Assembly: GCF_036321535.1 (NCBI RefSeq)
Contig: NC_087449.1
Coordinates: 15,376,001-15,440,000 of the forward strand
Source: Camelus dromedarius
Taxonomy: Eukaryota
Reading direction: 5' to 3'
Length of the DNA stretch: 64,000 nt
The notes beneath the pieces are model-generated. The model had not been told where the DNA came from and did not search any database. It saw only the letters and a list, made by a program, of their open reading frames with translations. Below, piece after piece: positions 37,433-51,101 of the stretch. The stretch's first letter is position 1, and the number at the start of each line of letters is the position of its first letter. A program made the position numbers and the translations under genes.

Positions 37433-37613
37433 GATTCAAGAAGGATTCATAAAACACCACTGCATAGTAATGCAGCTATTACAATGATCTATTTGGGGAA
37501 AAATGTGCACCTAGCTTATGATCACTCAGACTTCCGTGATGAAATAAAAGTTTATCAGCAGCACTGTGGTGGGGAAAACCTGTGCGTCTACAAAGGCAAG
37601 CTACTTGAAAAAG
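37433..37613 (+). CDS. ERICH3: ERICH3 coding exon 8 (181 nt), start of DUF4590 region
   Basis: ttctag|GAT; DSRRIHKTPLHSNAAITMIYLGKNVHLAYDHSDFRDEIKVYQQHCGGENLCVYKGKLLEK; AAAG|gtacac; phase 0/1. Confidence 0.96.
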
Positions 37614-40283
37614 GTACACATAAAATGTGAATTTTTTTAATTGCTTGCAGTTGATGCTACGGATAAGCTATTGTTGATATAATATCAAAATGACTTCAAT
37701 CACTATGAAATTATGCATAACCAGGGACTTATAAACCAGCTGCCTAAAAGTAAATCCAGATTTACTGCTCCATGATTGAAACTGAAGCAGCAATTATTCT
37801 TGCAGATTGCAGAAGAAAGAATTTGGAGTGATTTAACCGAGTAACAGATTAATTTTGAGATAGAGATATATGATCATTAAAATGTTGCCCGAATAAACTG
37901 TCCCCCAAATTACAAGTTAACTATTTGACTTGCCATAGTGAATTATATCACACATTATTCTAAGAGAAAAATGCCAGATTGGTAATTTGTTCTTTAGAAG
38001 TATGCTGAGATAAAATCACAAAACCAATAAGCTTCAGGGTGAATCACACCTAAATAATGCGGTCCAAAATTTGGCTAAATGCTTTTAGTACACTTTCACT
38101 TTTATTTGATCATAAATTCATGTTTGTTAGCATAAGATAATTTTTATATCCAATACAGGGTTTCACATATTATACCAAAGTGGGTTTTTTTGTCAATATT
38201 TAGTTCTGTGGAAGAACAATAAAAGGAAGAAAGCTTACAGGATTACGTTTGGCATTTCCTTGCTTAAGAAACTCTGGAAAGTAATAGTGATTTTACTAGT
38301 TAAAAGAAATATTTATATTTGAGTAATCTTGATATAGACTTAGAGGTTAAGGCAGGAGTTGGGGGCATACATGGAGTTGTTTGTTAAAAAACATTTTTCA
38401 CAACGAAAGTTGTTACTTTTAGCTTTTCTGATTTCTCTCATCAATCAAAAACAGTGGCTATTAATTAAAAAAAATTAAAATACTTGAGAAGAACTATATA
38501 TATTTAGAGATAAGATATTTAAAACTTTCCAGCATAAGACCAACTTGAATGTTGGTCTTAAAGTAAAATATTATATATTATAATGATATATATATAGAGA
38601 GAATTATTTAATGAATTGTATATATTATAGTAAAAAAACATTTTTCTTTATAAAAATATTAAATTTCTTTAAAAAAATCATGCTCAATAATGCTAGAAAC
38701 TATTTTTTCCCGTTGTATATATTTGGCTAGAATGTAATCTTCTTTGTTTCATTTTCTCATAGCATTTGAGAGTTTGTTCATTCCATTTTGTAAATGGGAG
38801 GAATCTGAGTACAGTGGCTTCCCAAGGTCACATGTTCAGCGCTGTCTGGGCCGGGTCCAGAGCAGATCCTGGCCCCCTGAGGCGGTGCAAGACCCTGTTT
38901 AGTACTACGCAGCCCCAAGTAGCTGTTCTCAGTAACAGAGGGTTTCCTGTATTTTCATAATATAAGGGGCATGAAACCCCTAATGATAGTGATGAGATAC
39001 ACTTGTTTTTATAGAAGTGTCACTTTCAACTATTAATTTAGAAGAATTGCTGAAATTAGCTATAGACTGAGATTGAAGTTAACATAATGAAACTTTTCCT
39101 GGGTCTTAGATCATGCTTTTTTCAACAAAATGCATATATAATGTCTATTTGACTGCTGGAAAATGTGGTACATCCGAATGAGAAAAGAACAAGACTTAAT
39201 GACTTTCTGGGAGATGATATACACTCTGTGATAAGATTGCAGAACCAAAGGTTATGGGAGGGTGTAGCTTGACTGTGTGTTACTTTGCATGCATATTGAT
39301 CCTGGGACTGACTTTTTGTTATGTCATTGGACAGTCTTGAATAATACGATGGAATAGGGACTTAAATAATTGAATCCTGTCCACACAATAATTTTGTCTC
39401 AGCTTGCCCTTGATTGCCAGGAAAGTAATTGTTCAAAATTGAAAAGTTGGTTGGCTCAGAGTTGACTCGGGGTTCAACAGTCTTAGCAACTTAGCTGGAC
39501 TGAAAAGAATCTGCCCTTCTTACAAAGCAAAGTGTGCATGATTCAGTGCATTGTGAGTAGGTTTTTAAGATTTCTGTTTTTTAAAAAAATGGGCTTTTAA
39601 CATTAGGCTAGGAGCAGTAAACTCATTAAAAATGTGGCCTCTGTTAATTTGCCTTGCTTTGGGATGAGAATAACAATACAATTAATTATTTAGGAACATG
39701 GCAAGTGCATCTTTTATTGTCATAGTAATTCATGATGTCTTGTGGTTTGATTTTAGATGTCAGGCCACAGACTGATTGTTTATTATTTCTGCAAATTGTA
39801 AAGAGTCCATTTCTTCACAGGCATTTTTATTTACCATTCATCCTTTCAAACAAGGCAAACCTTGGCCTCCTGGGTTCGTGTGGATACAGAGAACAAAGTA
39901 ACTTTTTTCTGGCTCTCTTATAACCTCTTCCCGTTCTGCTCCATTTTCTTGTATTTCCATTTGTGCACTGTTGTTCCGATCTGTGCACTCCTCATTACTC
40001 CCTCACGTGCACAGCTGCTGCCCCACTGTACCCCTGCCTCCTGCCCCCAGCCCCATGCTGATCTCTTGTCTTTTCCTGTGCTATTTCCTTTGTCTGCAAC
40101 AGGACAAAGGATTTTAAATTCAAAATAGTATTTTAGATTCAAATCTTACCCATCTTTGAAGATTCAGGTTAAGGCTGTGAAGCTTTCTCAGCTGACATCT
40201 GTTCTGTGTTATCCCTCTCTTGATGGCTTTGGCTCTTAGTCTACACCTGAGATGGAAGCATTTCACCGTACTGTCATTTGTTT

Positions 40284-40849
40284 TGTTGCAGGAAAATGGA
40301 TCACAAGAAGATAGTCTTGTCCCAGGTCTTGGGCACGTCCCTGGGACGTGCTCTGCTAAGTGAGGGTCCCTGTCTTGCACAGAAAAGAATTTAAGAGTGA
40401 GCCATAGTAAAGTGAAAGCATGTTTATTAAGGGAGAAACACACTCCGCAGACAGAGTGTGGGCTGTCTTGGAAGGCAAGAGAGTCCTGGAAAACGGGGTT
40501 CTCTCGGGTGGGGTGGGGGTTTCATTTTTAGGGGCTCTGTAATTTCATATGTGAACAAGTGGGAAGATTATTCCAAGTATTTTAGGTGAGGGGCAAAGAT
40601 TTCCAGGAATTGGTCCCTGCCCACCTTTTTGCCTTTTATGGTCAACCTAGGAACTGTCATGGTGCCTGTGGGTGTATCATTTAGCATGCTAATATATTAC
40701 AGTGAGAGTACAATGAAGCTCAAGGTCTACTGGAAGTTGCATCTTCTGCCATCTTGGGCTGAGTTGGTTCTAACCAGTTTATGTCCCATCCTCAATTGCT
40801 GCGTCATTCTTTTTAATAGTTGTGCTCTGCCCCATTCCCTCCTGTCTCA
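40284..40849 (-). mobile_element. ERV1-class solo LTR
   Basis: tgttgcagg...aaagcatgtttattaag (minus-strand polyA signal)...ccctcctgtctca terminus; no TSD found. Confidence 0.65.
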
Positions 40850-40899
40850 ATATTGACTGTTTATTTTTTACTCCTTTTCACATGTTGATTTTTTTTTTT

Positions 40900-41455
40900 T
40901 TTAGGTTTTAAAAGTAGCCTTATTGAGGTGTAACTTGCATTCCATAAAATTCATCCATTGTAAGTGTACAATTTGCTGATTTTTAGGAATTTTATAGGGC
41001 TGTACAGCCATTATCACAGTTGTAGAACATCTCCATCACTTCAAACAGTTCCTTTGTGCCCACGCATTGACAGTTAATCCTCACTCTCCTAGCCAGCCCC
41101 AGGCAACCACTGATCTGCTTTCAGTCTCTACAGATTTGCCTTTTCTGGATATTTCTTGTAAATGAAATCACACAATAGGTAGCATTTTGTGTCTTAGTTC
41201 TTTCACTTACCATAGTGTTTTTAAGAGTTATTGATTTGTGGCATCTATCAATAGTTGCTCTCTTCTTATATCACTGAATATATTCCATTTCATGGCTGTG
41301 CCACATTTTATTTATCTACCTTCAATTGATGGACATTTGTATTGTTTCCAATTTGGGACTATTATGGATCATGCTGTAATGAATATACAAAGACAGGGTT
41401 TTGTGTAGACAATACTTTCATTTCTCTTGAGCAGACTCCTAGGAGTGGATTTAAT
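40900..41455 (-). mobile_element. L1MB-like 3' end
   Basis: ttattgaggtgtaacttgcattccataaaattcatccatt...ccccaggcaaccactgatctgctttc...gatggacatttg. Confidence 0.8.
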
Positions 41456-41867
41456 GGCTTTTCCCCCCTGAATATGGGTCACAACTTATTCTGTTTCTTT
41501 ATGTATCTTTCTGTTTTTTTGCTGAAAACTGGATATTTTAGATCATGTATTTGAGCAACTGTGGATTCTGGATTCCAACTTTCTCCCTCTAGAATGTTAT
41601 TCTTGCTGTTTTGTATTATCTTTTTGTTTAGGACCTTATCTGGAACAAATCTGTGAAATTCATGCTGCGTCTCCTTGGTATACAGCCAGTGATATCTCTG
41701 CTCATTTTTTTTTTTTTTAGTTCTGTTTTCATTTTTTTAGACTAATCTCTTAGGGTTGTCTCAGTGTTTTCATAGTTTAGTGATCACCCAATGATTTGTC
41801 AGAGGTTGTGTTCAAGCACTTTGAGCCAGTACAGCCTCCATCTTCTACCGGTGATTCTGTTTGTGAG

Positions 41868-42320
41868 TGTATTCATTTCCTGGGGCTGACATAACAAATG
41901 TCCCCAAAATTGGTGGTTTAAAAACAACAGAAAATTACTGTCTCACAGATCTGGAGGCCATAAGTCTAAAATCAAGATCTTAACAGGGCCATGCTTCCTC
42001 TAAAAGCTCTAGACGAGAATTTTACCTTGCCTCTTCCAACGTTCTGGTGATTCCTAGCAATCCTTGGTGTTCCTTGGCATGTGGCTCCACCACTTCAGCC
42101 TATGCTTCTGTCCTCACATGTCATTCTTCTCTGGGCATCTGTGTGTGTGTGTGTGTGTGTCCTCTCCTCTTCTTATAAGGACATCAGTCATTGGATTAGG
42201 ACAAAACAAATCTAGGAGAAAATCATCTCAATCCTTCCCTGATTATATCTACAAAGACCCTATTTCCAAATAAAGTCACATTGTGAGATTCTGGGTGGTC
42301 ATGAATTTTTGGAGTGGCTA
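41868..42320 (-). mobile_element. MLT1B/C solo LTR with internal (TG)n, inserted in old L1 sequence
   Basis: tgtattcatttcctggggctgacataac...ctcacagatctggaggcc...aaagaccctatttccaaataaagtcacatt. Confidence 0.8.
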
Positions 42321-43826
42321 GTGCACTGACCTGTGGCTTGTCCTAGTTGTAACTATAGTCTTGGGCTAGCAGAACCTCTGACCTTCACTGTTGGTTTGCT
42401 TCTGAGATTGCTGCTTACTCCTGGTAGTACCACTGACCAAGATTTTTTTGTTTGTTTTCTGCTCCAAATCAAATCAGCCCCCACTGCCAGTGAAGTGGCT
42501 GTTATTTATGGCCTGCCCTTCTCTACTAGAACTACGATGATGAACTAGTGGCAGCAGAGGGTGGTGGGAGCAGCCCCAGGCAAGAATGCCACAGATTCCC
42601 ACTGCTCCTGCCAAAAGTTCACTACTTTTTCATGACTAACTGCTGCTCAGTTCATTTTAAGTCTTTGGTCATTTTCAGAGACAAAATTTTAAGGGAAGCA
42701 GGTTTGGTGACATCACTCTAGAAGTCTAGTACATTGATTTTGTCTCTCTTGCTAAATTGTAACTTCTTGAGGGAGGAGAACATGTTTGATATGTCTTCAG
42801 TATCTGTATTTCTCTTTAGTGCCTAAAACAGTTATCACTGTCAGTCAACAATAATAAATACCTACATTTCACAAATATTCTAGAATGCTTTCTATTACTG
42901 TGCATTATATAGTCTTTAAGATTGCTCTGTGGAGTGGGTAAACTGGGTCACCACCTTCCTCATCCACTTCCCTGTCATCCTCATTTTATAAATGAGAATT
43001 CTGAAGTGTAACAGAGTTAAATGTCTTACCAAGGCACACTTAAGTAGTAAGTGAAGAATGGAATGTGGACCAAAATGTTCTGATTTTCTAGTCTGTATTC
43101 TTTGTACTATTCCATGCAGAAACCATCAAGTCAGGTTTTGGAAGTGTTACTACATTTTAAAATATAAAATTATAAAACACGTGACAAAGGAATAAAGGTA
43201 GAGTGTCATTTTTTGTTCAGTAATTTTGAAAAACCATGAAAGAAATAGAATAATAGATGGATGTGCTCTCCAGCCACGTGGGTACCAAATGGAAGGGCAG
43301 TCGTGTCTAGAAGTTGATCTGCTGTGCCCATTCTCAGCATTTCCTGGCTCTACTCTTCCCTGGGCAGGGTACTTAGGGAGTTCGGGGGTGTGATGCTACA
43401 GCAAAATGGATCATCCTATGTGAATATCCCATTCAAGTTTCTGTCATAAAAGCAGTCAAACTAGCTTTCTAGTTATCACTTGAGTCCATATATCATTAAG
43501 ACAAGTGGATTACTAAATCTGTTGTATCTTTGTTTCCCCAATTTCACATCACAGATACTAAGGTATAAATGATAGAATTACCTTTTCAGTAAGTCTGTTC
43601 TTTAGTACAAATTGCCTCTGATTTAGATTTTGTTTAGAGGCATAATATGATATAACCATAGTATTTCTAGGTGACTTATGAAAGAAGTAAGTTAAAATAA
43701 TGATTTACTAATTATTTACCAGGGGCCTCTTATGTCACTGTCCTGGGATCTGGGGAAACAAAGATGAATTAGATCAGTTTCAGCCCTCATGGATTTCACA
43801 AACAGCAGGGCAGCAAATATCTAGAT

Positions 43827-44002
43827 CAGGGTTCTCAAAGTGTGGTCCCTGGACCAGCAGTGTAAACATCACCTCACATCTTGATAGAAATGCAAATTCT
43901 GGGGCCCTATGGAATCAGAAATTCTGGGGTGAGGCCCAGCAATCTGTGTGTTAATAAGCTTTTCAGGTGATTTTGATGCACACTAAAGCTTAAGAACTAC
44001 TG
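43827..44002. mobile_element. MER5A hAT-Charlie transposon
   Basis: cagggttctcaaagtgtggtccctggaccagcag...agaaatgcaaattct...aaagcttaagaactactg. Confidence 0.85.
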
Positions 44003-44489
44003 TGTGTAACCATGTTTTAATATATTGTAATAAATGCAACAATAGGAAATGCATACTTAGCAGAGAGGCAAAAATAATAAGTCTATTTTTGGTGGAAGTG
44101 GAAGAGTCCAGGGAGACTTCCTTTGTGGGACGTGACATTAGAAGTATGATGAGAAGTAGGGTTCTGAGTCACTCTATAAAAAGCGCTTCTCCAAGTTGGG
44201 GTTTGGGGTGTCTAGGCTGAGACTTCTTCAAAGAGCATTTTAGAGATTTGGCCTGATTGAAAATTGTTAATTGCAAGCAGTGGTTTCTAATTTATTGTGG
44301 GACATTGGGGTAGGTGGGGGAGCAAGAAGGGCCCCTAATCCAGGCAGAACTGAGAATGGATTGGAGATGGAATAATTCTGCCTCATCCATATATGTATTA
44401 GGATGTTCCAAGTCACAGCTAAAAATAAAAAATTATTTAAAAGCACTTCTGAGCTCACAGTAGCCTTTTGTCGTGTACTTTATTGGTGG

Positions 44490-44725
44490 ATAACATAGCA
44501 AGATGGAGGCATGGAATCTGGATTCAAACACTCACTCTCCTATTTACTGTATGATCTTGGATAAATTACTGAATTCCTCTAAACCTAAGTTTCCTTCTGT
44601 GTTATAGAAACTAGTGACAGTAATATTCGCACTTCACATGGTTGTTGAGGAATAACACACCCAAGATAATCAGGCATAATGCCTGGCCATTGTAAATGCT
44701 CATAGAATTTTAGGTATTATTATTT
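44490..44725 (+). mobile_element. MIR SINE
   Basis: tggattcaaac...tgtatgatcttggataaattact...aatgcctggccattgtaaatgctc. Confidence 0.65.
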
Positions 44726-44929
44726 TATTACAAATCAAACAGTTTTTATAATGCCTTGGAGTATTTATTATATATAAAGGTAATTGAGTATGCTTTTATG
44801 ATTGAAAAATTGTCCTCAAGTTAAAAAGGAGATCTAGAGCATAATATTGTACTTATAGAAAAATGTGATTTAGAACATTTCAAACAAATTCAGTTGCTTT
44901 TACTAACATATTTCCTTTTTAAATTCCAG

Positions 44930-45116
44930 AGACCTTCCAGTTTATTTCCAAAAGGCACCACGGTTTCCCCTTCAGTCTCACCTTTTTCCTGAATGGGATA
45001 CAGGTGAACAGGTTAAGTTCCTGCTGTGAATATAAGCATCGAAAAGGTTCCAGACTTGGAGGCAAACGAGGCTACTTTGGGTTTGTGTGTGTCGAGAGAT
45101 CGTCTCCTTGCTACAA
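44930..45116 (+). CDS. ERICH3: ERICH3 coding exon 9 (187 nt), DUF4590 core
   Basis: ttccag|AG; (E)TFQFISKRHHGFPFSLTFFLNGIQVNRLSSCCEYKHRKGSRLGGKRGYFGFVCVERSSPCY(K); AA|gtatgg; phase 1/2. Confidence 0.96.
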
Positions 45117-45449
45117 GTATGGAAACGCATGTCCTTTGGTAGAGGGCGAGCTTTGCTACATTTTTCTTTTTTTGCTTTACTGATGTATATCTCAGCATAA
45201 TTTGTTAAGAAAGATATCAGTGGAGATGAGCCTAAGATTTCTAAGTTAAAATTTGTTTATCACAATCTTGTGTGTTGTACCTAAATCATAAGATATACAT
45301 TAGATTTCCAGATTTATTATATAGTGAGGCTAAAAACTGGTAGTGTTTCAAATTTTGTTTCTTCTCTATCTCTTCCTTTCCTCATAATGCTTTAAGTTCT
45401 GTTTCTGCAGGGAATGAGAAAGATTATTTTTTCTTATTCCTCTTAATAA

Positions 45450-47640
45450 CTGGTTTTGGGCTGAGCCCCCAAACATGTGTCAAGCATCTGGTGTACACAG
45501 TTGGATGTTATAAGTTATGCACATTAGAGATGTGCCTGCATTATGGTGTGGCCCAATCCTCACTCTCATTGCCTCTGATGTCAGTCTCAAGCATAACAAA
45601 ACACGTGATAAAAGGTTGTTTATGACTATTATTTATCAGCTTTCATATTGGACATTCTGTTTGAAATCAGGATTTGCTTGAAGGCTTTCTTTAAGTTTTT
45701 CCTACAATACTCATGGAGAATTGACTCTTTGCCAAGCCAGAACATGGGAGTGAACCATCCAAAGAACCTGTCCCCATGGAGCCTCTTCTGATAGGAGAAA
45801 GGCAAATAATATACCAATACACCAGTAATAAACCAACCAATTAATGTATGTCAGATGGTAATGAACATGGTGCATACAAACAGGGGATGAGAGATAGTGG
45901 GAGGACTGGAGACAAGGGTCAGAGGTCAGTATTATTGTATGTACAATAGTCTGTAAAAGCCTCTCTGATAAGATGCTTTTCTAGCAGAAACCAGGCAAAA
46001 TGTCTCCTTTTCCAAATAGTTTTTCAGGTAGAGGAGACATATGTATAAAGGGTGTGAGGCAGGATTATGCTTGATGTATGTAAACTAGTGTGGTTGGAAC
46101 AAAAGTAAACAATGGGACAGTGATAGAGGCTGAGGGCAGAAAGACAGTAGGGTCAAGTCATACGGATTCCCTAGGTCATTGCAAAGACTTTGACTTTTCT
46201 TCTGAGGGGGATGGGAAGCCTCTATGGTGGGTTCAGGGCAATGGCCTGTCATGATCTGACAGTAACACCTATGGGGATAATATACCAGGGAGGGTAGGGG
46301 AAGGGGAGAAACTACCTTAATCCAGAGAAGAGAGGGAATGGTGGGAAGAGTTACAAGTGATTGGGTTCTAGATGCATTTTGAAGTTAGGGATTATAAAAT
46401 TTATTTATGGAGTGGATGCAGGGCATGAAATAAAGAGCAAAGTCAAAGATGATTGAAAAGTTACTGGCCTGAACAGCTGGAAAGATGTCCAGCTGACATG
46501 TACGGAGATGTGGAAGACTGTGGAAGATGCAGTTTTGGGAGCTAAGTGAGGGGATTTGGGGTTTGGACACACTAAGTTTGAGGCATTCATGAGATGTGCA
46601 AGCAAGAGATGTTGAGGAGGCAGTTGGATCTGTGAATCTGGGGTCTAGTCAGAGATCCAGTCTGGAGATACAAATTTGAGAAGGATTTATATATGGATGG
46701 CATTTAAAGTCATAAGATGAGATGAGATTGTTTAAGGATGGAATGCAGAAAGAGAAGATGTCTGAATAATGAGCTCCAGGTCACTTCAGTTCAAAGGTGA
46801 GGGCGATAAAGAGGAGCCAGGAAAAAGCCTAGGAAGGAAAGCCAGTGATTAGACAGAGAATCCAGAGAATGCAATGTCCTGGAAATGCACCAAGTGTGTA
46901 AAGAATAAGGGCATGATCACCTGGGTCGAATGTGTGGACAGGTGAAGCCAACGTAGACTGAGGGTGGAGCATGACTCGGCAATGTGTTGGTTATTGGTGA
47001 TCTTGGCCCAGGTTATTACAGTGTTGTGGTGGGAATGCAAGCTTGATTGGAGTGGGTTTGAGAAGTAATTGGGGAAGAGCTAAGGCCAGAGGTGATAGAT
47101 AACTCTTATTAAGCCGTTTTGCTAAAAAGGATGGAAATTGGGTGGCAGCCAGAATGAAGGATATAGGGGTCCAAGGGGGCATATTCTTTTTTAAGATGGG
47201 AAATATTATAATATGGTTATATGCTGAGAGATAGGATTGGTATCCTAGAAAAGAAAAAAAAAATTCTCAAGCATGGCACAGAGAGAGAAATTGCTGGAGC
47301 AAAGTGCTTGAGTAGACTAGAGGAGATGGGATCGAGGGCTTGAATGGAGGTGTCAGTCTTAGATGAGGAGAAACATTTTTCTATAGTAACAGGAAGAAAG
47401 GCGGCATAGAGCAGAGAGAGACAGGTAAGTTGGTGGACGTATTGGGACCATCTGGAAGTTCCCTGCTGATTGTTTCTATTTTCCAGTCAAATAAGAATTC
47501 ATCAGCCAAGGTTAAGGCTGAGGGAGGAGGGACATGGAAATTTTAGGAGAGAGAAGAAGTGTGAAAGAGTCATCCAGCAAGTGGGACAGTGAATGGTCTA
47601 GGGCAATGTGGTAGGAATGCCCAGATGTACGTAGGACCCA
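45450..47640 (-). mobile_element. Long L2 remnant
   Basis: Extended purine-rich + strand with ggacacactaagtttgagg...gaggcagttggatctgtgaatctgg...ctggagatacaaatttg motifs typical of L2a/L2b. Confidence 0.75.
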
Positions 47641-49634
47641 CCTGAAGTTGCTTTTCTCTCCCAAGTCAAATATGCATTCTCCATATTTGTGGGCAAGTCA
47701 TTTCCCAGATTTCTGTTTACCTCCCAAGAAATCTAATGAGTTTATACACAATCCATCCGTGTGTGAGCACATTTCATTCTTTGGGAATTACTCTATAAAT
47801 CCAAACTGTCGATGTTTGGTCCTAAACACTTTTTTGGAGGTTTAATCATCAGTACCAAAATCTGCCAGTTGATGACATCTACTCTCCTATCCAACACTTA
47901 CTAGCTTCCGTACAATTCTTCATATGATTTCACTTGGTTCCCTCTAGCTTCTCTTTTTGATCTTTTCAAAAATAAAAACAAAATGGTTGTGATACTTCAG
48001 AGTAAGTTCTGTTACCCTCAACTAAAGTGCACAATTCTCATAGGACATTGGTTTTCAATTTTTGTTAACTTTATAACCATTTCTTCAAATATAATCTGTG
48101 AATGTCCAGGGTAGAATGGAGTGGTGTCATTTGATGTCTCCCTACTGCCCATCAGGTGGAAATCGAGGCAGACTGTTTCAAACGGGACAGGGATGGGCAG
48201 GTGAGAACCTTGCCTGTTTGGCTCTGCCCTACCTGCCCTACCTGAGACAACTCTGACTACTCCAGAAACACCAACATTGCAGCACTCTAGTGAAGGTTGA
48301 AAACTATCTCTAAGGAGACTGCTATCACTTACATAACTTTTTTTGGAGTCACATCCATAATAATACTTTTCTTTAGTTATTTAGAGGGGTAGGCATTCAT
48401 TTCCCCAACTTGTTAAAATTAAATTAATTTTAATTCATTTAAAAATATTGGCTCCTAGAGCTCTTCTTATGAAAAGGAGGGCATGGTAGAATAAACCAAT
48501 AGAGAATTATATTTCTAAAGATTGGTTTGGAATTACTTGTTTAAAGCAGGAAACCAGGAGAGCTCAGCAGTGGTCCCTTCCAGAGTGTGGAGGTCCCACC
48601 CTCGTACTGGTCCCTCAATCATGGGAACCATTTGGAGAGGCATGGTTGTCATTTTCCGTTGCTAGAGCGAAACACAGGAAGAAGAATTGCCTAGCCAAGT
48701 AGAATGCAGACTGCTCTGAGCTTTAGTAATCAGAATCAACACCTCGAATTATACTCCGAAGTCAAATAGGTAGTCAGTGACGAGGAGAGCACAGATGTTA
48801 CCCACTTTGTCCAATTCCCTTAAGCAGATGGGCAATAAAAAGTCTGCGCATGCAGTAGGGAGGCATCAAAGCCTCCACACAGTCATCACATAAACTAAAC
48901 GCAACAGCGTATCAGAGGCTCCAAATCGATGGGTTTGGTGTTGCCATTGATAAGGGAGGAACAGCTTGAACAGAAGGCAGTGCTAGTAGTGATAGTCTCT
49001 GAAGATTCATGACACCTTTATTCCAAGGAAAGCAATGTGCTAAGTACATTGTCATTATAGTCAAGAAATACTTATCATTCTTAATATAGGTGAAGTGAGC
49101 GTGTTCTTTCCCTCCCGTTTTTCACAGCTGGTAGTTACTCTGAGTGCCAGTCCCTTTAGTTTTACTTTATGAGGAGGTAGTGAAAGGGCAAGCGGGGAAC
49201 TAAGCTCTCGTATTTGCTCGTTGGCAGAACTAAGCTCGGTTCCTGTGCCGTTGCCAGTCTAGGGACGGCTGAGATGTAGTGAAACCTTCCGTTGAAGAGA
49301 TTGCCGTTGGATTTGAGTCACCACGAGGCTGTTTTCAGATTTTACACATTGTTTCTGTTCTTCCTGGAGTGGCAGGTCTTAACTGCATTGTGATCGCCTC
49401 TCACCTACTCACGTGATGTGGAGAGGCGGGGACGTGGGATGTTCTAGGGGAGAGGAGTGTGGAGACTGGTAACTGCCAAGCACCTCTTTCAGGTCAGGGT
49501 TTGTGTCTAGGCCTCGGCGACAACATCTCAGGTTGTGTTAGTCTCTGGTGGGGAGAGGGTGAGCGCCTGGCCTGGCGGTCAGCCCAGCAGTGCAGCGTCC
49601 GTCTGTGTGACGAGTCATCCGAGCGGGTGCACCT

Positions 49635-49647
49635 GTGACCTAGCAAC
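49635..49647 (+). promoter_or_regulatory. RFX X-box consensus match GTGACCTAGCAAC
   Basis: Fits GTNRCC-N(0-3)-RGYAAC exactly and lies within a CpG-retaining intronic patch. Confidence 0.35.
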
Positions 49648-49664
49648 ATGGCTGTGCTTCAGCG

Positions 49665-49885
49665 TGAGGTGGTGAGCCGGAATCCAGCGCCGTCACTAAC
49701 CTGCTGGCTGGACTTGGGCAAGTCATGGAGCTCTTTAAGCCTCAGTCTCCTAATTTGCAAAGTGGTGATGCTAGTTCCTAACTTACTGGCCTGTGGGGTA
49801 ATGTCTCCTGTACGACAACGTATATAAAGTTCCCAGCAAACAGCCTGGCACTCAGGGAGAGCTCATTGCTATTATCATAATCATC
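49665..49885 (+). mobile_element. MIR SINE
   Basis: cactaacctgctggctggacttgggcaagtca...cctcagtctcctaatttgcaaa...cctggcactcag. Confidence 0.7.
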
Positions 49886-50799
49886 ATTTTTATTAACGTA
49901 TGTATTATCATCATTGGAATTCCTATTTTGATATTAACTGGAGAGCACGAAAAAAAGCTATAGGAGAACTTATTCATGTTACTTTTGTTATAACAGATTT
50001 TAAAAAACATTCTTTAATGTCTTAATACATTCAGATCATCTCCTGGCCCACCAGATTTGACTTAGAATAACTTTATGACCTCTACAGATTATTGCCATTT
50101 TCAAAGAACAGAAGTTTATTTGTGGCAAAAATCACCAAAAAATTGTGGTACAGGGTTTAAAAGGCCATTCTACAAGTAATAATGACAGTTCTATTAAAAT
50201 AAGCGTTCAGGCTTCTGAAGTGTTTATTTAAAGGGCACAACAATATTTGACTGTCCGTGTTTCTTAAAAAAATCAATCATAATTAATTAGATTCAACCTT
50301 GTGTGTAAGTCTTTTTGTTGTTGTGTTGTTGGAATAATAAATTATCGAAGACTGAGTGGCATCTTTCTTCTGGTGATGTTTTTTTATCTCAGGTTCCTTT
50401 TATTTATAAACCTGAATATTGTTTTATCACATAATTCTTATGTAAGATTTAAATTATATATATATATATATACACAAATATGTATATATATGACCCTGTT
50501 ATAAGTCAAAAGTATACTTTAATGCGAAAAGTTTAGTTTGAGACTATCATTCTTAGCTGTTAAGTTGCCTTTTTCTCTCGTTTATTACTGTGGGTGAAAC
50601 TGAAGAATTTGTTGTGTTTACAAGATTTTAGTATTAATACAGAGAAAGTAGTGTATTTTAATGAACGATGTATATGGTAATAAAAATGTTTCTTGTGACA
50701 TTTCTTACTGGAAGGAGAGAGAAGCGCTTGAAAGAGCTTCGCAGTCCCCTGTGCTGTCTGTCCTGGTTAATAAACCCTTTGCGTCAATGTTTGTCACAG

Positions 50800-51101
50800 G
50801 TGCATTATTGCAATGGGCCTTGACAAGAAAACAACCTCACCAAAACCGAGGAAAGAGAAGAGTATTGAGAGAAGAGAGGAACCGAAGAAAGGTGAAGGGA
50901 AACTGAGGAAGGAGAGAGAGTACCTGATACCAAGAAGGAAAGAGACGGAAGGGAGCAAAGCCTCTGCTTCCGTCATTTTTTCAGCTCAAGAACTAAACAT
51001 GGGGGTCGACGAAGTGAGAACCGCTGTGGAAGAAATGGAACGGAAAGGGGAACAAGGGCAAGATGCTTGGGAAGAAGACCGAGAAAACATACTTAAATAC
51101 G
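50800..51101 (+). CDS. ERICH3: ERICH3 coding exon 10 (302 nt)
   Basis: tcacag|G; CIIAMGLDKKTTSPKPRKEKS...AWEEDRENILKY; TACG|gtaatg; phase 2/1. Overlaps ORF 50813..51169. Confidence 0.95.
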
